Shown: piece after piece, positions 50,252-62,523 of the stretch
Layout of the letters: every line of letters starts with the position of its first letter
Numbering within the stretch: the first letter of the stretch is position 1
NCBI GenBank assembly: GCA_033442325.1
Contig: JAWQFM010000004.1
Span: 1,555,895 to 1,618,417, forward strand
Source: Salpingoeca rosetta
Taxonomy: Eukaryota; Protista; Choanoflagellata
Direction: 5' to 3'
Length of the DNA: 62,523 nt
The notes under the pieces: model-generated
What the model saw: the letters and a program-made list of their open reading frames with translations, nothing else
Database searches by the model: none
Told to the model about the DNA's origin: nothing
Translations under genes and position numbers: made by a program

Positions 50252-51513
50252 TTAGCAGCCGGGGTCAATGATGAGGACGTCTTCTGAACTGGACGGAATC
50301 CCATAGATGAGGCCGTTGTTGGCGAGCACTCCGTCAAACCATTTGTCATCTCCAGAAGGAACAGGAAGTGATGTGGCGTCGACCGTGCTAGTTTCGGGAT
50401 CGATAAGGAGAACTGTCTCAGCGCTTCGTGGGGTGCCCACAATGAGGCCGTTGGGTGCAAGGATTCCACCAATCCATTTGTAGTCACTGGTTGAGAGGCC
50501 GGTCACTGACGTGGTGTCAATAGTGTTGGTAGCTGGATCGACGATCAGCACAACGCCAGAGCCTGATGGAATGCCATAGATGCGACCATTGTTGGCCAGC
50601 ACCATGCTTTGCCACTTGCGAATACCAGCGATGACGGGGATGGACGTGGTGTCAGCTGTGTTGGTCACCGGGTCAATGATCAGCACAGACTCAGCACGCG
50701 CTGGACCGCAATAGATGAGGCCATTTGCAGCTTGAGTGGCGCCTTGCCACTTTTCTCGGCCAGTACCCAAGCCAATGATTGTTGTCGTGTCGGTGGTATT
50801 TGTGGTAGGATCAATGACGAGAACGGAAGGCGAGTGCCACGGAACACCATAGACGACACCATTCCTCGCGATAATACCGCTCCGCCAGTCATCGCCACCA
50901 GGCAGTCCACCAAGTGTAGTGGTGTCAACTGTGTTTGTGCTTGGATTCATGATGAGCACAGACGTTGCAGCTCGAGGGAACCCAAAAATATGGCCATCGT
51001 GCGAGATCACGCCACGTCCCCATTTGCCCATTCCAGCACCGAGCCCAGTAATCGTGGTTGTATCAGCCGTGTTGGTGCTTGGATCGATGATGAGCACTGA
51101 GGCTGCGTTGAACGGTATACCGTAGATCAAGCCATTGTGGGCTAAGACTGCGCCAAACCAGGCACCTTTGCACTTCCAACACCAGCGATCGTGGTCGTGT
51201 CCACCCTCGGCGGCACACCCATTGCACAAAGACGGTTTTCGAACACGTTGTTCTTGCCTCGCTCTTCTGCGAGCATCCTCGCCTGCGCTGAAACTGTACT
51301 TCGCAACGACGCAATCTCCTCGCCAACGTCCACTCCGTTGACAAATACGGGCTCCTTCATGGGATTGCTGGTGTTGATGTGCAGTGCGCCGTGTGCATCC
51401 TCTTCCATCACCACTTCTCCCAGGACGCACCCATGCTGCTGCTGGTACTGTTGTTGCAGCGCGAGCATCAACACCATCAACCGATGAAACAATGCTCTCT
51501 TTGCTCTCGTCAT
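50252..51513 (-). pseudogene. Beta-propeller family, copy H, complete but with a single 1-nt frameshift at ~51167
   Basis: ORF 51513-51142 gives the signal, module, coil and Cys; the adjacent frame gives GAWFGAVL..IIDPGC*. Confidence 0.85.
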
Positions 51514-51922
51514 TTTGCTTCCTGGATGTGCAAGTAAGGTCGGAGGAGCGTCCAGAGAGAGTATGTGTCGATCTCGCCTGTGTTTGGTGTCACACCAACT
51601 GTGAAGGAGGAGCGAGACAGGCAGAAGGAAGTCGTCGGCTTGTGCGCAGGACAAACGGACACACGAAACAAGGAGCAGATCGGAGAAGAGAGGACAAGAG
51701 GGAATCACGTAAGAATCAAACACGACCAAATGCGGAGAGTTGTGAACGCTGCCACCAACAATCTACAATGAAAAGGAAGACAGCAGACATCCAAAACGCC
51801 AGAACACACCACCCCATTCTCTCAGTTCTCTCTCTTGCTCCCTCTCCTCTTCCTTCCTCCTTCTTTACTTGTCCTTGCCAGTCCAACCCAAGCACCCCCT
51901 TCCCCGCGCACCTCAGAGCAGC

Positions 51923-53134
51923 ATGACGCCCCGCTTCTTCTTCCTCTTGTTGTTGGGAGCACTGCTGCTGGCGTTGATTGGACAGCGTTCCGGCCTTTGC
52001 ATGGGAGAGGTGACGCTGGTGGAGGATGATGTGGGCGCGTTTCACATCAACACGAGCGATCCAATGAGCCAACCCGTGTTTGTGAACGGGATGAATGTGC
52101 ACGAGACTTTGGGTATGTTGATGAGTACCGTGTCGGCGCAGCAGAGCGCGATCGATCGTGCTTATGGGAAAGTGTGCACTCCCAGCGCCAGCACATTTGG
52201 GCAACTCAGTTCAACGAGCGCAAAGTGGTTTGGGGGTGTACTGGCAAACAATGGACTGATCTACGCTGCACCATTCAACTTGCCTTCTGTACTCATCATC
52301 AACCCCAGGACCAATACCGTCGACACCACCACCATCTCGGGACTTGGAACGGATCCAGCCAAGTGGGCTGGTGGGGTGATGGCACACAACGGCCTCATCT
52401 ACATGTTCCCTTCAAACAGGGAGACCATGCTCATCATCGACCCAGACACCAATGAGGTTGACACCACGAGCATCCACTCCCTTGGTACTGGTAGCTACAA
52501 GTGGTACAGTGGTGTGGTGGCGAGGAATGGCCTCATTTTCGGCATTCCGTACTCTGCCACGTCTGTGCTGATCGTCGATCCAGAAATCAACACAGCCGAC
52601 ATCACCACGCTGTCCGGGCTGTCGAGCGAGGGATACAAGTGGTACAGCGGTGTGGAGGTGGAGAATGGTTTGATCTATTGCATTCCACGTGATGCTACAA
52701 GCATCCTCATCATCAACCCTGAGTCCTTGACGATGGACCTCACCACCATCAGTGGCCTCGGCACTGGCAAGAAGTGGTGGGGCGGCGTGCTTGCACGTAA
52801 TGGCCTCATCTACGCCATACCAGCTTTCTCTGCAACGACACTTGTCATCAACCCAGCTACAAACGCCACCAACGAGCTTCTTGTTGTAGCTGAGACATCC
52901 AGTATCAAATGGGTTGGTGGCGTGCTCGCACCCAATGGCAACATCATTGGCATCCCATTCAGCTCGCCATCCGTCCTAATTGTCGACCCAGCCGCCAACA
53001 CCACCGACACCACGACTATCGATGATCTTGCTGGATCCTACAGCTGGTGGGGTGGTGTGCTCGCCCCAAATGGTCTCGTCTACGGCATCCCTTCTTATTC
53101 CGAGTCCGTTCTCGTGATCGATCCTGGGTGCTGA
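51923..53134 (+). CDS. Secreted coiled-coil/7-blade beta-propeller family, copy I (intact)
   Basis: ATG 51923 MTPRFFFLLLLGALLL, module, 25-aa coil, 7 repeats, IDPGC*. Confidence 0.9.
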   Translation: MTPRFFFLLLLGALLLALIGQRSGLCMGEVTLVEDDVGAFHINTSDPMSQPVFVNGMNVHETLGMLMSTVSAQQSAIDRAYGKVCTPSASTFGQLSSTSAKWFGGVLANNGLIYAAPFNLPSVLIINPRTNTVDTTTISGLGTDPAKWAGGVMAHNGLIYMFPSNRETMLIIDPDTNEVDTTSIHSLGTGSYKWYSGVVARNGLIFGIPYSATSVLIVDPEINTADITTLSGLSSEGYKWYSGVEVENGLIYCIPRDATSILIINPESLTMDLTTISGLGTGKKWWGGVLARNGLIYAIPAFSATTLVINPATNATNELLVVAETSSIKWVGGVLAPNGNIIGIPFSSPSVLIVDPAANTTDTTTIDDLAGSYSWWGGVLAPNGLVYGIPSYSESVLVIDPGC

Positions 53135-53910
53135 TGTGTGTGTCTCTGTGTCTGTGCGGGCGTGCGACACTTTTGTGCCCTTCTGCATCTTCCTTCTTTC
53201 TTCCAACCCTGTGATAGCGTCCTGTGCACCTGACGCTGCTCATCATTCGTTTGCACTTCCAATTGAAATGACTCAACCGTCAACCGAATATGTGCATGCA
53301 TTGTGATGGCGGGAGAAGCTGTTCCACAACTGTGGAACACGAAGTGATCATGAGGGGGAAAAGAGACAACACTTTCAGTACAACAAGGCAACCACAGTTC
53401 TTCGAATCATCAGCACGCAAGCCAATGCGCATTCATCCACGTGACATCAACATTGGGGTTCAACACGGGTTCAACCGCACATTTACAACCCCCACGCACT
53501 CTTCCACTCACGCACTCTACTTTCATTGTTCGGTTCATACACATGTATGAGTTTCCGTTCACAACAACGACCATGGTTAAGCTTGTTAGCAACGCGCACT
53601 CTCAATCAAGAACGAATGCGCTGAGTGCGAGCATGTATTCACTCACTCAAGACTCTACCAAGGAAAAGTTAAGATGGTTCAACAGTTAAATACACACGCG
53701 CACACACGCAAACCAACAAACGTGCGCAATCCCGCACGCAAGTAAGGCTTCATTCATCCACACGTGAGCTTGGATAGCTCCAAGGAATGTGTGACAAACG
53801 GCGTTGTGCAGTCTTGCACAGCAACACCAACAAAGAACAGGAAAGAAGGGGGAGGGAAGCAAAACAAACGCAAAGCAGGCCAACACCACCCACTTCAAAC
53901 AACACCCACT

Positions 53911-56900
53911 TCAAACAACACCTGCTACGAAACAAACCACCCCGCAACCCTCGTTAACGCAAGACAACCAAACTGGCGTACCAATCTGACCAACTGTCAC
54001 TAGTCTAGCTTGTAGGTCCTTCAAGAAGGCACCAGCAGCGACTGACTGTAGCCAAGGTTGAGACAGCTGGCATTGCCAAGAATGTTCTGGTTGTTGTTGG
54101 GATTGTTGTTCTGGGTTGTTGTTGTCTTGGGGGCTACCTCTGATTCCGTACGCGCCGTAGCCGTTATTCTCAGCGACAGCACCATCACCGGGAGCATCGT
54201 TTTGGGGTGGCAGGGGTCGCTGTGATTGATCGCCATTATCACGTGGCAGATCATCACCACCATCACGTGGCGGACCATCACCACTATCACGTGGCGGATC
54301 ATCACCATCGCCACCATCACCACCGCCATCAGCGGCATCCTCACTCCCAGCCGTGAGTCGCATGCCCCTCACTTCAGTACCTTCCACTTTCGCAGTAGGC
54401 TCACTTCCACGGTCATCATCACTCCCCCTCCCCGACGACTGGCGCGACTACTTCTTCTTTCGCATCCTCTGATTCGTCCACTTCCTCCTCAACATCAACA
54501 GCATCATCGTCAAAGTAGATGATGTACTCCGGGTAGCACATGCCGTTGTCATAGATGACAAACAGGTCCGTATCGCCGTCGAAACCGCAAACGGAATGTA
54601 GAACACAGTCCCACCAGCAGCAGAAGCAGTCATGCGTCCACCAGGACCTTCGGCACCACCTGAAGTCCCTTCACTCTCTTCACCAGCAGCAACGCGGCCG
54701 CTTCCTTCTCCTTCGTCACCACCATGGCGAGAAACAGCAGAAACAGCAGTTGCAGCGACATCATCATCAGCACCATGATCAGCAACGTCATTCGGCTGGG
54801 GCGTCAATACATCGACATACACGTGCCGCTCGCTGGCGGTGTCGTTCTTGCCTGTTGCGCTGCCCTCGTGGTGGCCACACTTGACAGCAAACGACGGGTC
54901 GCGGCTGAAATACAGGCCCGGGCGAAAGTAGCCCTCCGCGCTGGCGTAGTTGATGGTCAGGTCAAGCTCGCTCCTGCAGATGCCATGCAGCAGGCGGTGC
55001 ACAAACACGTTGTAGTCGTCGCCAGAGGGCGGCGCAATGACGCTGGACAGGTTTGGTGGCGCGGGCCGCCAGTACACGCGGTGCACGCTCTCCAAGTACC
55101 GCTTGAACAGCGACACGTTCTGCACACGCTGCACGCGCAGGTTTCGTGGGCGAAGCGGCTCCAACAGGGGGCGCACGCACGTGGCCCAGCTCGTCCTCGT
55201 TGGTCACATCAACAAGCAGCTGACCCTCGCGCATGTCCCAGCGGTCCGGAATCTCAAAGATGGCCTTTGGCTCCAGCTTCGACCGCTGCTCGTCCAACCA
55301 CCCGCCGCACGCACTCAATCTCAGGCGCAGGTCGTTCTTGTGCATGCCCACGTGCTCCACTCACGTACACCCAGTGGTCCTGGAAGTCCACCGTGAAGTA
55401 GCGGTGAACCACTGGATCTTGAAGAAGCACGCCGACTTCCACGCCTTGCGGTTCTTGTACTCCAGCCACCGCTGCAGGACATCTGGATCAACCGTCCGGC
55501 GCATGTTGCGCTCGTCCTCCGCAGCCGCAGTTGCACGGGCATCCGCCACCACGCGGGCGGCCTCCTCCTCACTCATCTTGTCGTGCTCCTTGTGCAGGTA
55601 CTTGTCGGGGAAGCGCCCGCACGGCTTTGTCACCATCAACTTGGGCATCTCGCGCGCATGCTCCGCCGCAACGCCGCCAGCAGCGACACCCTTGTGTTTA
55701 CCGACGCTGCCACCTCTGGCCATCACTGCCATCATCACCACCACCACCATTACCAACATCACCACCACCACCAACGTCATCCGTCGTTGTCAGCATTGCT
55801 GCGCTTGCACTTGGCAGCGATGGCTGCATGGTATTTGTTGAAGGCGTTCTCAATCAGCAGCCTCGCGTCGTGCGTAAGCCCGTTCCACGCCGCCTTGTTG
55901 TCCAGCTCCGCCTTGGAGGGCGGCTCCGTGTACGTTGGCCCCGTGTACAGCCACTTTGGATGGGGTCAGCTGGCGTCTCGTCGGCCAACCCATCCAGTGC
56001 GCTGCGCTGCAGGTCCTCATACAGCCCACTGCCCACCTTCTCGCCGTAGTACTTCTCAAACGTCTGCTTAAACGCCGACAGCATGCTCACGTCCTTGGTG
56101 ATGATGGTCACGCGGATGGTGTCGAAGAGCGTGCCGTCGCGGCCCACCTCGTCAATCACCTCAAACAGCGTGCATGCAGATGCGTATGGGGAGCAGGGGA
56201 AGGCGCCGCACCCGAGCGCGCACGTGGCGAGCGAGCGGATGTTGTTGTCCCGCGCCGTCGTCAGCAGCGCGCGGTACGCCGTCGTCAGGTCCGCAGCCGT
56301 CTGCGCCACCGTGCTGCCATGCCAAACTCGGGTGCAAAGTTTGGCGCAACCACGTGCAGCACGTGCTCAATGTTGGACGAGAGGGCCAGCGCACCGGACG
56401 TGGTCACGCGCGCCTCGTTGTACCGCAAGGGGGCCGCTCCTCTCGGCGTTCATGTCGCGGTCGTTGGTGATGCTTCCCTCGCGAATCTCCGCATGCAGCT
56501 GCACCGCGAGCAGCGTCTCGCTGATGGTGTGGTACTGGTATGGCTCCACCTCCCACACGGCCTGCTTCACCTTGGCCGGGAACAGCCTCTCGCACGTGGT
56601 CAGCAACATCACTTCCGACGCCGCCACCACTTCCATGCGCGGGCCTTTAAGCACGGCGTGGGCACTGAAGTTGACAGGCTGTCGCCCCTGCCAGAATCAT
56701 ACACACCCTTTGCTCGCTGTTGTGATGTTACTCCTACGTGCGCGGCTTGCGCCATCGTCGCCAGCAGCAGAAGGAGCAGAAGAAGCAGTGGCAGCAGAAG
56801 CATTTGCAGTTGCCGAAGGAGCGCCCGTGCTTGCGGTATAACTGACATCAGCACCAACGCCTTCTTGCGCAGACGCTTCAGCTCCTTGGTCACGGACATT

Positions 56901-59290
56901 GGCACCTGGCACACGTACCGCGTGGGCCGGATGTGGGCAATGGTGCGGAACGTCGACTCCGTCGTTGGGATGACCGTTTGCATTAGATCTCGGCGGCCAG
57001 CCACCATCCACACGTTGCGCTCAGTGGGCGTGCCAATCACGTCCTGTGGCGCAATGTAGCTCACCACGTCGTCCTTGCTGCGGCACACCGTGCGGCCGGC
57101 CTTGGTCAGGTAGTTGAACAGCTTGCGCTTCAGGAAGGTGACGTCCGACTCGGACATCTCCGGCACGTGCGACGTGTCAATGACCGGCAAGCCGAGCACG
57201 TGGCACAGATACTGCTTGAGCGTGTCCTGCACCGCGTTGTCAAACGCCGTCAGCTGCCGCTGCATACCCTCCACAGTCACGGGCACGCTCGAGGCGCACG
57301 CGTCCCTGTCCTCTGCGCTGGGCTTGCGCACATACACGCGGAACCTGCGGGCCAGCTCCAGCAGCTGCGAGTCCAGAAAGCGGTATTGCATGCCCGAGAC
57401 GCTGATCTTCATCTGCGACTTGATGTTGGCGCCGGCGGTGCTGTCGATGTAGCTGAGCCCACGCTCCCTGTCCTGGTCCAGGTAGTAGTACAGCGAGTAC
57501 TCCAGCAGCATGGCGCCCCGCCGTCCAGGTCGCGCGTGTGTGTCAGCACCTGCTGGGGGTGCCACGGGCGATGCGATGGGCGGGGTGCCGATGACGGGGG
57601 GGGGGGCCTCACAAATTCCACACATCCCGCACGGCCCCGTGTGCCGTGTCTGCGTAGGGCAGCAGGCCAGGCGTCGGGTAGCGGACCAGCTTGAGGCCGT
57701 AGTCGTTCAGGACGTGTTCCATGATCTTGTCGTCGCCCAGCACGCGGTCGCTGCGGGCAAACGGGTGGAAGGCGGGCGCGAGGAAGCTTGCAAGCAGCTT
57801 GGCTTGCGACCACACCAGCACGGCGGTACTGCCCGTGAAGCAGATGCGGTTGCCCATGGTTGCAGCCGCCAGCACATCAAGGTCCTTGGCCACGCTGCCC
57901 TTGTTGAATGCGTCGACGAGGTCCGACAGAAGGCCGCCCAGCTTGGGGTCGAGCACCGCCACGTGCATGTCGTTCGGGTAGCACAGCCGCGCCACAAACG
58001 TGTGCGAGACAGAGGTGGCAAACTGCATCCTGCGCACACACGCATGCGCCGCACGCGTGTCTGTCGTCTCCAGCACAAACACGCGCTGCAGCGTCGTCTC
58101 AGAGGACGCACCGCTGCTCTTGCTGTCGTCGCTGTCAGCATCGCCGTCTTTCTTGTACTGATGAGGGTCGTGCACAGCCGTGGGCTTGGCAGCAACATCG
58201 TGTGCCTCACTACCACCTTCACACTGCTGCTGTGCTCCTTGTTCTTGTTGTTGTTCAGCCATGCGCGTGTTGGCAAACGGATGGATGTGGGACTGCGTGT
58301 CCTTGAGGGACTGCGGGATGGGCACAAGCTTTGCTGTGCCGCCAAAGTTCGTCTCAACCGCCTGCACAATGTCGCGGCCCGTGGTGGGCTTGCTGTGCGG
58401 GGTGCACGTGACAACAATGCGGTGCAGCGGTGCCTGACGCGCCTCCAGACGACAGGGGCTCAACGCCGTGTCAATGGGCAGTGGCAGCAGGCTCCAGAAC
58501 GTCTCCTCGCTGTCGGCAACCACGTCCACGCTTGCACAGCGCAGGTCCGGGAAGACCTGCAGCGACTGGAAGTTGACGCCCGCGCCGCGCAGTACGTGTT
58601 GGTGGGCCAGGGCATGGCGGCAGTTAGGCCTTTTGCTGTCACGCTGCGTTGCTGCCTCGCTCAGGTAGAACGTGAAGCGCTTTACCTGGCCCGCAACAGG
58701 CGCTGGTGTGGTGGATGTTGGTGAGGCAGGGGAGGAGGACGTGGTGCCGTTGCCCTTGCTCTTCCAGTTCTTTGCCTTTTGGGTCTGGGAACACGTTGAG
58801 CTTCGTGCCCAGCACCTCTCGCTGGTCGTACAGGCGGACCATCAGCTCGGCGCTCTCCCGCGACACAAACCTGTTGTGAGGGGGAGTTGGTTGGTTGGTT
58901 GTTTGGTTGGTTGTTTGGTTGGTTGAGGACGTGGTTGAGGGAAGCGCACGCATGCTCATGCAGAATGGAGTTGGAGGAACATCTGTGCATGCACATACAC
59001 AGACACACACAGACACACACACACACCCATCGCCGACCTGAATGTGCCCCTGACGCGGTTGCCGTCCGGCCTGTATGTGTGCGAGTGAAAGCCGCCGTTT
59101 GCCTTGGCGAGCGAGGGCAGCACCTCCTCAATACCCTCGGGCACGGGCTCAACCCACACGGACCACAGCTCGTCCGCCGTCCAGGAGGGGCAGTCCGGGT
59201 CGCGGCGGGCCGTCAGCTGCACCTGCCCAAGAGGGAAGTTTGTCATCTCCCTCAGGACGCGCTCGCCAACTTCACGCGTCGCGCAGCTGC

Positions 59291-59349
<59 letters not shown>

Positions 59350-59840
59350 AGTGAGTTGAGGGTGTATCGGTGCGGGATGAAGAGAGGAACTGCACACAAA
59401 CATGATGAGTACTTGACTGCCGCATCCTCGCGCCATTACCCGCCACCACATGTCGTCATTCCCATCATGATCCTCGCATGCAACGAACACCTCCTCAACC
59501 GGTTACAATCCCCCAACATTACCGCACACCTCCAACCAGTCAGCAGCAGCTCACCTGACGCGGGCAACCTGCCCCTGATGCTCGTCCAGTGGTGTGATGC
59601 TGATGACGCCCTGCTGCTTCCCAAGGAGCGCGCGCACCAGCTCAAGCATGCCCGTGTGGTGCACAAGCACGTCAAACGGCCCAAGTGCCGCCTCATCAAC
59701 CTCTCCCTCATCCTTCTCGTCGCCATGTGCCGGTGGTGGTGCTGCTGTTGTGTATGGCTCCAGTTCGCGGCCGACTGGCGGCTGCTGGGTGAATGGCTCG
59801 TTCCGCTGCGCATGGTCGTGGGTGATGATGGGTTACGAGG
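53911..59840 (-). pseudogene. PARP14-like macro-PARP: RRM x2, KH-like region, Macro, WWE, ART catalytic domain, acidic tail; multiple frameshifts
   Basis: RRMs (PFDVLV..VARVSCATREVGERVL; LWSVWVEPVP..GTFRFVSRESAELMVRLYDQREVLGTKLNV). Macro (HVLHVVAPNF..LTTAYRALLTTARDNNIRSLATCALGCGAF). WWE (KWLY..AAWNGL..LIENAF). ART (IPDRWDM, VQRVQNVSLFKRY, RLLHGI, GLYFS, DLFVIYDNGMCYPEYIIYF). Confidence 0.8.
54238..54310. repeat. 24-bp coding tandem repeat x3 (GDDPPRDS-like) in the PARP tail
   Basis: ATCACGTGGCRGAYCATCACCAYY units. Confidence 0.8.
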
Positions 59841-61870
59841 GGTAAGAAGTGTTGAGAAGGAGAAGAATCGTGCCTTTTGGACTTTACACCGGCCACTGGT
59901 GCCCGCGTTCCAAGAGGAAACATGAGCTTCTCTAAATCCGCTCTCTCTCCCATCCTTCAATCCAACACACGCACGCAAGCGCATGTGCACCTGTATCGGG
60001 GGCAAAGTCGTTGAGCGGGTCCTTCGTGGTGATGCGCACCTGGATGCTGAATCCGCAGGTGGCAATTGCGTCCTGTTCGAACTCAATCATCTTACAGCGT
60101 CGCGCCGCCAGCAAGCATCAGCTGCGATTGCACAAGGTCAACGCCAGTCACCTGGTGGGAAGAATAAAGGAGGGAGAAGGAGAGGAAGGAGATGATGGAG
60201 GAAGTGTAAGTGAGGTGGGGGAGGAATGAAGCAGAACAGTACGCCACAAACATCAAAGTGGACAAAGCACCATCAACAGTGCTGCTTCACCGAACCACCA
60301 CAGCTCACCATCTCCGCGACTTGAATGCGCAGATTCACCTCCTTGAAGTAGTGACTGCACCACATTGCGCACGTTGGATGGTTGGTGTGAGTGTTGGGGC
60401 AGGTGCGATTATGTTTGTCAACACCAAACGAGTGCATGCACGCACCACAACACCATATCTCCACCCCCAACACCCCAACACCACACTGCTACACTGGCTC
60501 ACCGGCCATCGGATGTGTCGACAAGGACCTCGACGGTGTCGGTGTTGCGGTGGTTGAGGGAGCGGCCAAGTGCAACAGCGTCCTGAGGGCAGGAGAGGGG
60601 GGAAGGGAGAGGGAGGGAAGTAGCAGACGTGAGAGAGAGGAGAGGAACAGGGTTGAGGGACGATCACGATCACAGGTGAGGTGCGTCTGTTGTGACCGCA
60701 GCACAAGGACAGCACAAGCACAGACACACACACGCACATGCACATGAGGCAAACCTGGCAGAGGTGTTGGCGGACATCGGAGGCGCGGGGAAAGGGGCAA
60801 CCTTAACGACCCTGACAACACAAATGGTGATGCGCGTGCATGGGCATGAGGTCGGATGTAGGTGATGATGAGTGTTGTAGATCACAGCAGTGGTACGCTT
60901 CTTACAGACACACACACACACACCTTTTGCTCCTTGGCGATGCAGACAACGTCGTCGAAAGTGAGGTAGGCGGCAATGGGGGCTTTGACGGTGCACAGCA
61001 TGTACGATTCATCAGCCTTGCAACGCTGCACGGATCTGAGACGAGGAAGGAAGCGTTGCAGGCGAGTGAGTGTGTGTGTGATGTATGTGTGCGTATGCGC
61101 TTACGTGTGTTGAGCACACAAGGCTGAGCAATGCAATGCAATGCAATGTAATGGAATGACCTCACACACACTCACACACACGCACCTTTGGATGAACAGT
61201 GTATTCTTCAGTCACGATGGCTGCCTCCTTCACATGTGTTCAACTCACGCCCTTCTTCTGCACTGCGTGATGAAGCTGTGTGCTGTGTGTGCTCTGTCCT
61301 TGTAGGTCCAGTCACGAGCTGATGAAGGAAGGCTGAGGGAAGGAAGACTGAGGACATGGAAGGATGGATGGATAGATGGATGGATGCGTTTCAACGTGCT
61401 TCCTTCCCACAACAACACACACACACAACAGTGGTGTTGTGTGTGGCTGGAAATCCAATGCATGATGCCCAACAATCGTCCACAACCACAACCACAGCCA
61501 AAACGCCACAAACAAACCAATCCAATCCTGTCTCCTCTTCTCTTGGTGCTGCGCCTGTCCTGCGAACAGACACGCGAACGAGGAGGAATGAGGCACACTT
61601 AACTTCTACTTCTACTCTTCTCCTCCTCTTCTCCTCTCCTCTCTTCTTCTTCACCCACTTGGAGTATGATGGCACCGATGAGAACGATGGGGTGCCTGCA
61701 GGCAGGTGGGTTGGTGCTGCTCCCCGCGCTGCTGCTGGTGGCGGCGGCAGTGTGCTGGATGCCGTTCATAAGCAGCGTTGCTGGAGAGGTGACGCTGGTG
61801 GAGGACGATGTGGGCGCATTTCACATCAACACGAGCGATCCAGCGAGCCAGCCCGTGTTTGTGAACGGGA
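56815..61870. repeat. Segmental duplication, copy 2 (paralogue of 9820-14830)
   Basis: Colinear similarity with scattered substitutions and indels. Confidence 0.9.
59991..61275 (-). pseudogene. Pyruvate carboxylase (biotin carboxylase domain) relic exons, copy 2
   Basis: YFKEVNLRIQV, DLVQSQLML..EQDAIATCGFSIQVRITTKDPLNDFAPDT and DDVVCIAKEQ. Confidence 0.75.
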
Positions 61871-62523
61871 TGAACGTGGATGCGCTCTTTGAGACAGTGG
61901 CTGCACAGCAGAGCATGTTGCAGGTGTACCAGCAAAACGTGCAGACGCAGCAGAGCATGATTGCCATACAGCAGGACACGATCACCGCTCAGCAGGGACG
62001 AATCGACGCCCTTCGAGCCGAGGCGTGCAGCGCAAGCTCATTCACCTTCGACGATTTTGGCACTCTCGTCTTCAAATGGGCTGGCGGGGTGCTGGCGAAC
62101 AACGGCCTAATCTACGCTGCACCTTTCAGCTCAGAGTCTGTGCTTATCATTGATCCAAGCACCAACACCGCCGACACAACCACCATCTCCGAGCTGGGCA
62201 TCGACAGTGACAAATGGTCCGATGCGGTGCTGGCGCACACCGGTCTCGTCTACATGTTTCCATCACACAGAGAAACCATGCTCATCGTCGATCCCGATAC
62301 CAACACCGCCGATACCACAACCATTCAGTCCCTCGGTGTGGGAACGGGCAAGTGGTTTAGTGGTGTGGTGGCAGACAACGGCCGCATCTTCGGCGTTCCG
62401 TTTTACGCCACCTCTGTGCTGCTCATCGACGCCGCCACCAACACCGCCGACACCACCACCCTATCAGGCCTCTCCTCTGCTACCCATAAGTGGTACGGCG
62501 GCATTCAAGCAGCAAACGGCCTC
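61666..62523 (+). CDS. Secreted coiled-coil/beta-propeller family, copy J (open to the window edge; missing from the ORF track)
   Basis: Manual translation gives 286 open codons: MMAPMRTMGCLQAGGLVLL..EVTLVEDDVGAFHINTSDP..RAEACSASSFTF..KWAGGVLANNGLIYAAP. Confidence 0.9.
   Translation, partial: MMAPMRTMGCLQAGGLVLLPALLLVAAAVCWMPFISSVAGEVTLVEDDVGAFHINTSDPASQPVFVNGMNVDALFETVAAQQSMLQVYQQNVQTQQSMIAIQQDTITAQQGRIDALRAEACSASSFTFDDFGTLVFKWAGGVLANNGLIYAAPFSSESVLIIDPSTNTADTTTISELGIDSDKWSDAVLAHTGLVYMFPSHRETMLIVDPDTNTADTTTIQSLGVGTGKWFSGVVADNGRIFGVPFYATSVLLIDAATNTADTTTLSGLSSATHKWYGGIQAANGL

Noticed and set aside
55935-58724. Long plus-strand ORFs (374 and 404 aa; likewise 1626-2606 and 10980-11897)
   Set aside because: Antisense shadows of GC3-rich minus-strand coding sequence.

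Overview
Eukaryotic, intron-rich DNA with (GT/CA)n-filled introns; style and gene content suggest a choanoflagellate such as Salpingoeca rosetta (inference only). The left end holds a glycoside-hydrolase-like gene, a GH29 alpha-L-fucosidase, a 540-nt gap and COQ3. From about 8.8 kb onward the window is a rapidly turning-over region. Its main feature is an array of 10 intronless paralogues (6 intact, 1 running off the end, 1 truncated, 1 frameshifted, 1 relic) of a secreted protein. Each has a signal peptide, a short 'EDDxGAxHINTSDP..VFVNG' module, a coiled coil whose length varies in heptad steps, a Cys, seven ~45-aa 'KWxGGVLAxNGLIYxIP..VLIIDP' repeats (predicted 7-blade beta-propeller) and a terminal 'DPGC*'. 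The same N-terminal module is also fused to an L-domain/LRR-like head. Interspersed are a frameshifted PARP14-like macro-PARP (RRM-RRM-KH-like-Macro-WWE-ART, H-Y-L triad) with a truncated duplicate, a spliced GIY-YIG nuclease, an LRR receptor TKL kinase, a pseudo-OTU+4TM gene and TPR-PH relics. There are also relics of tyrosinase, pyruvate carboxylase and a Cu-ATPase. A ~5-kb segmental duplication, a 287-bp identical repeat and a breakpoint palindrome record recent rearrangement. All domain calls are by-eye motif recognition; no searches were run.
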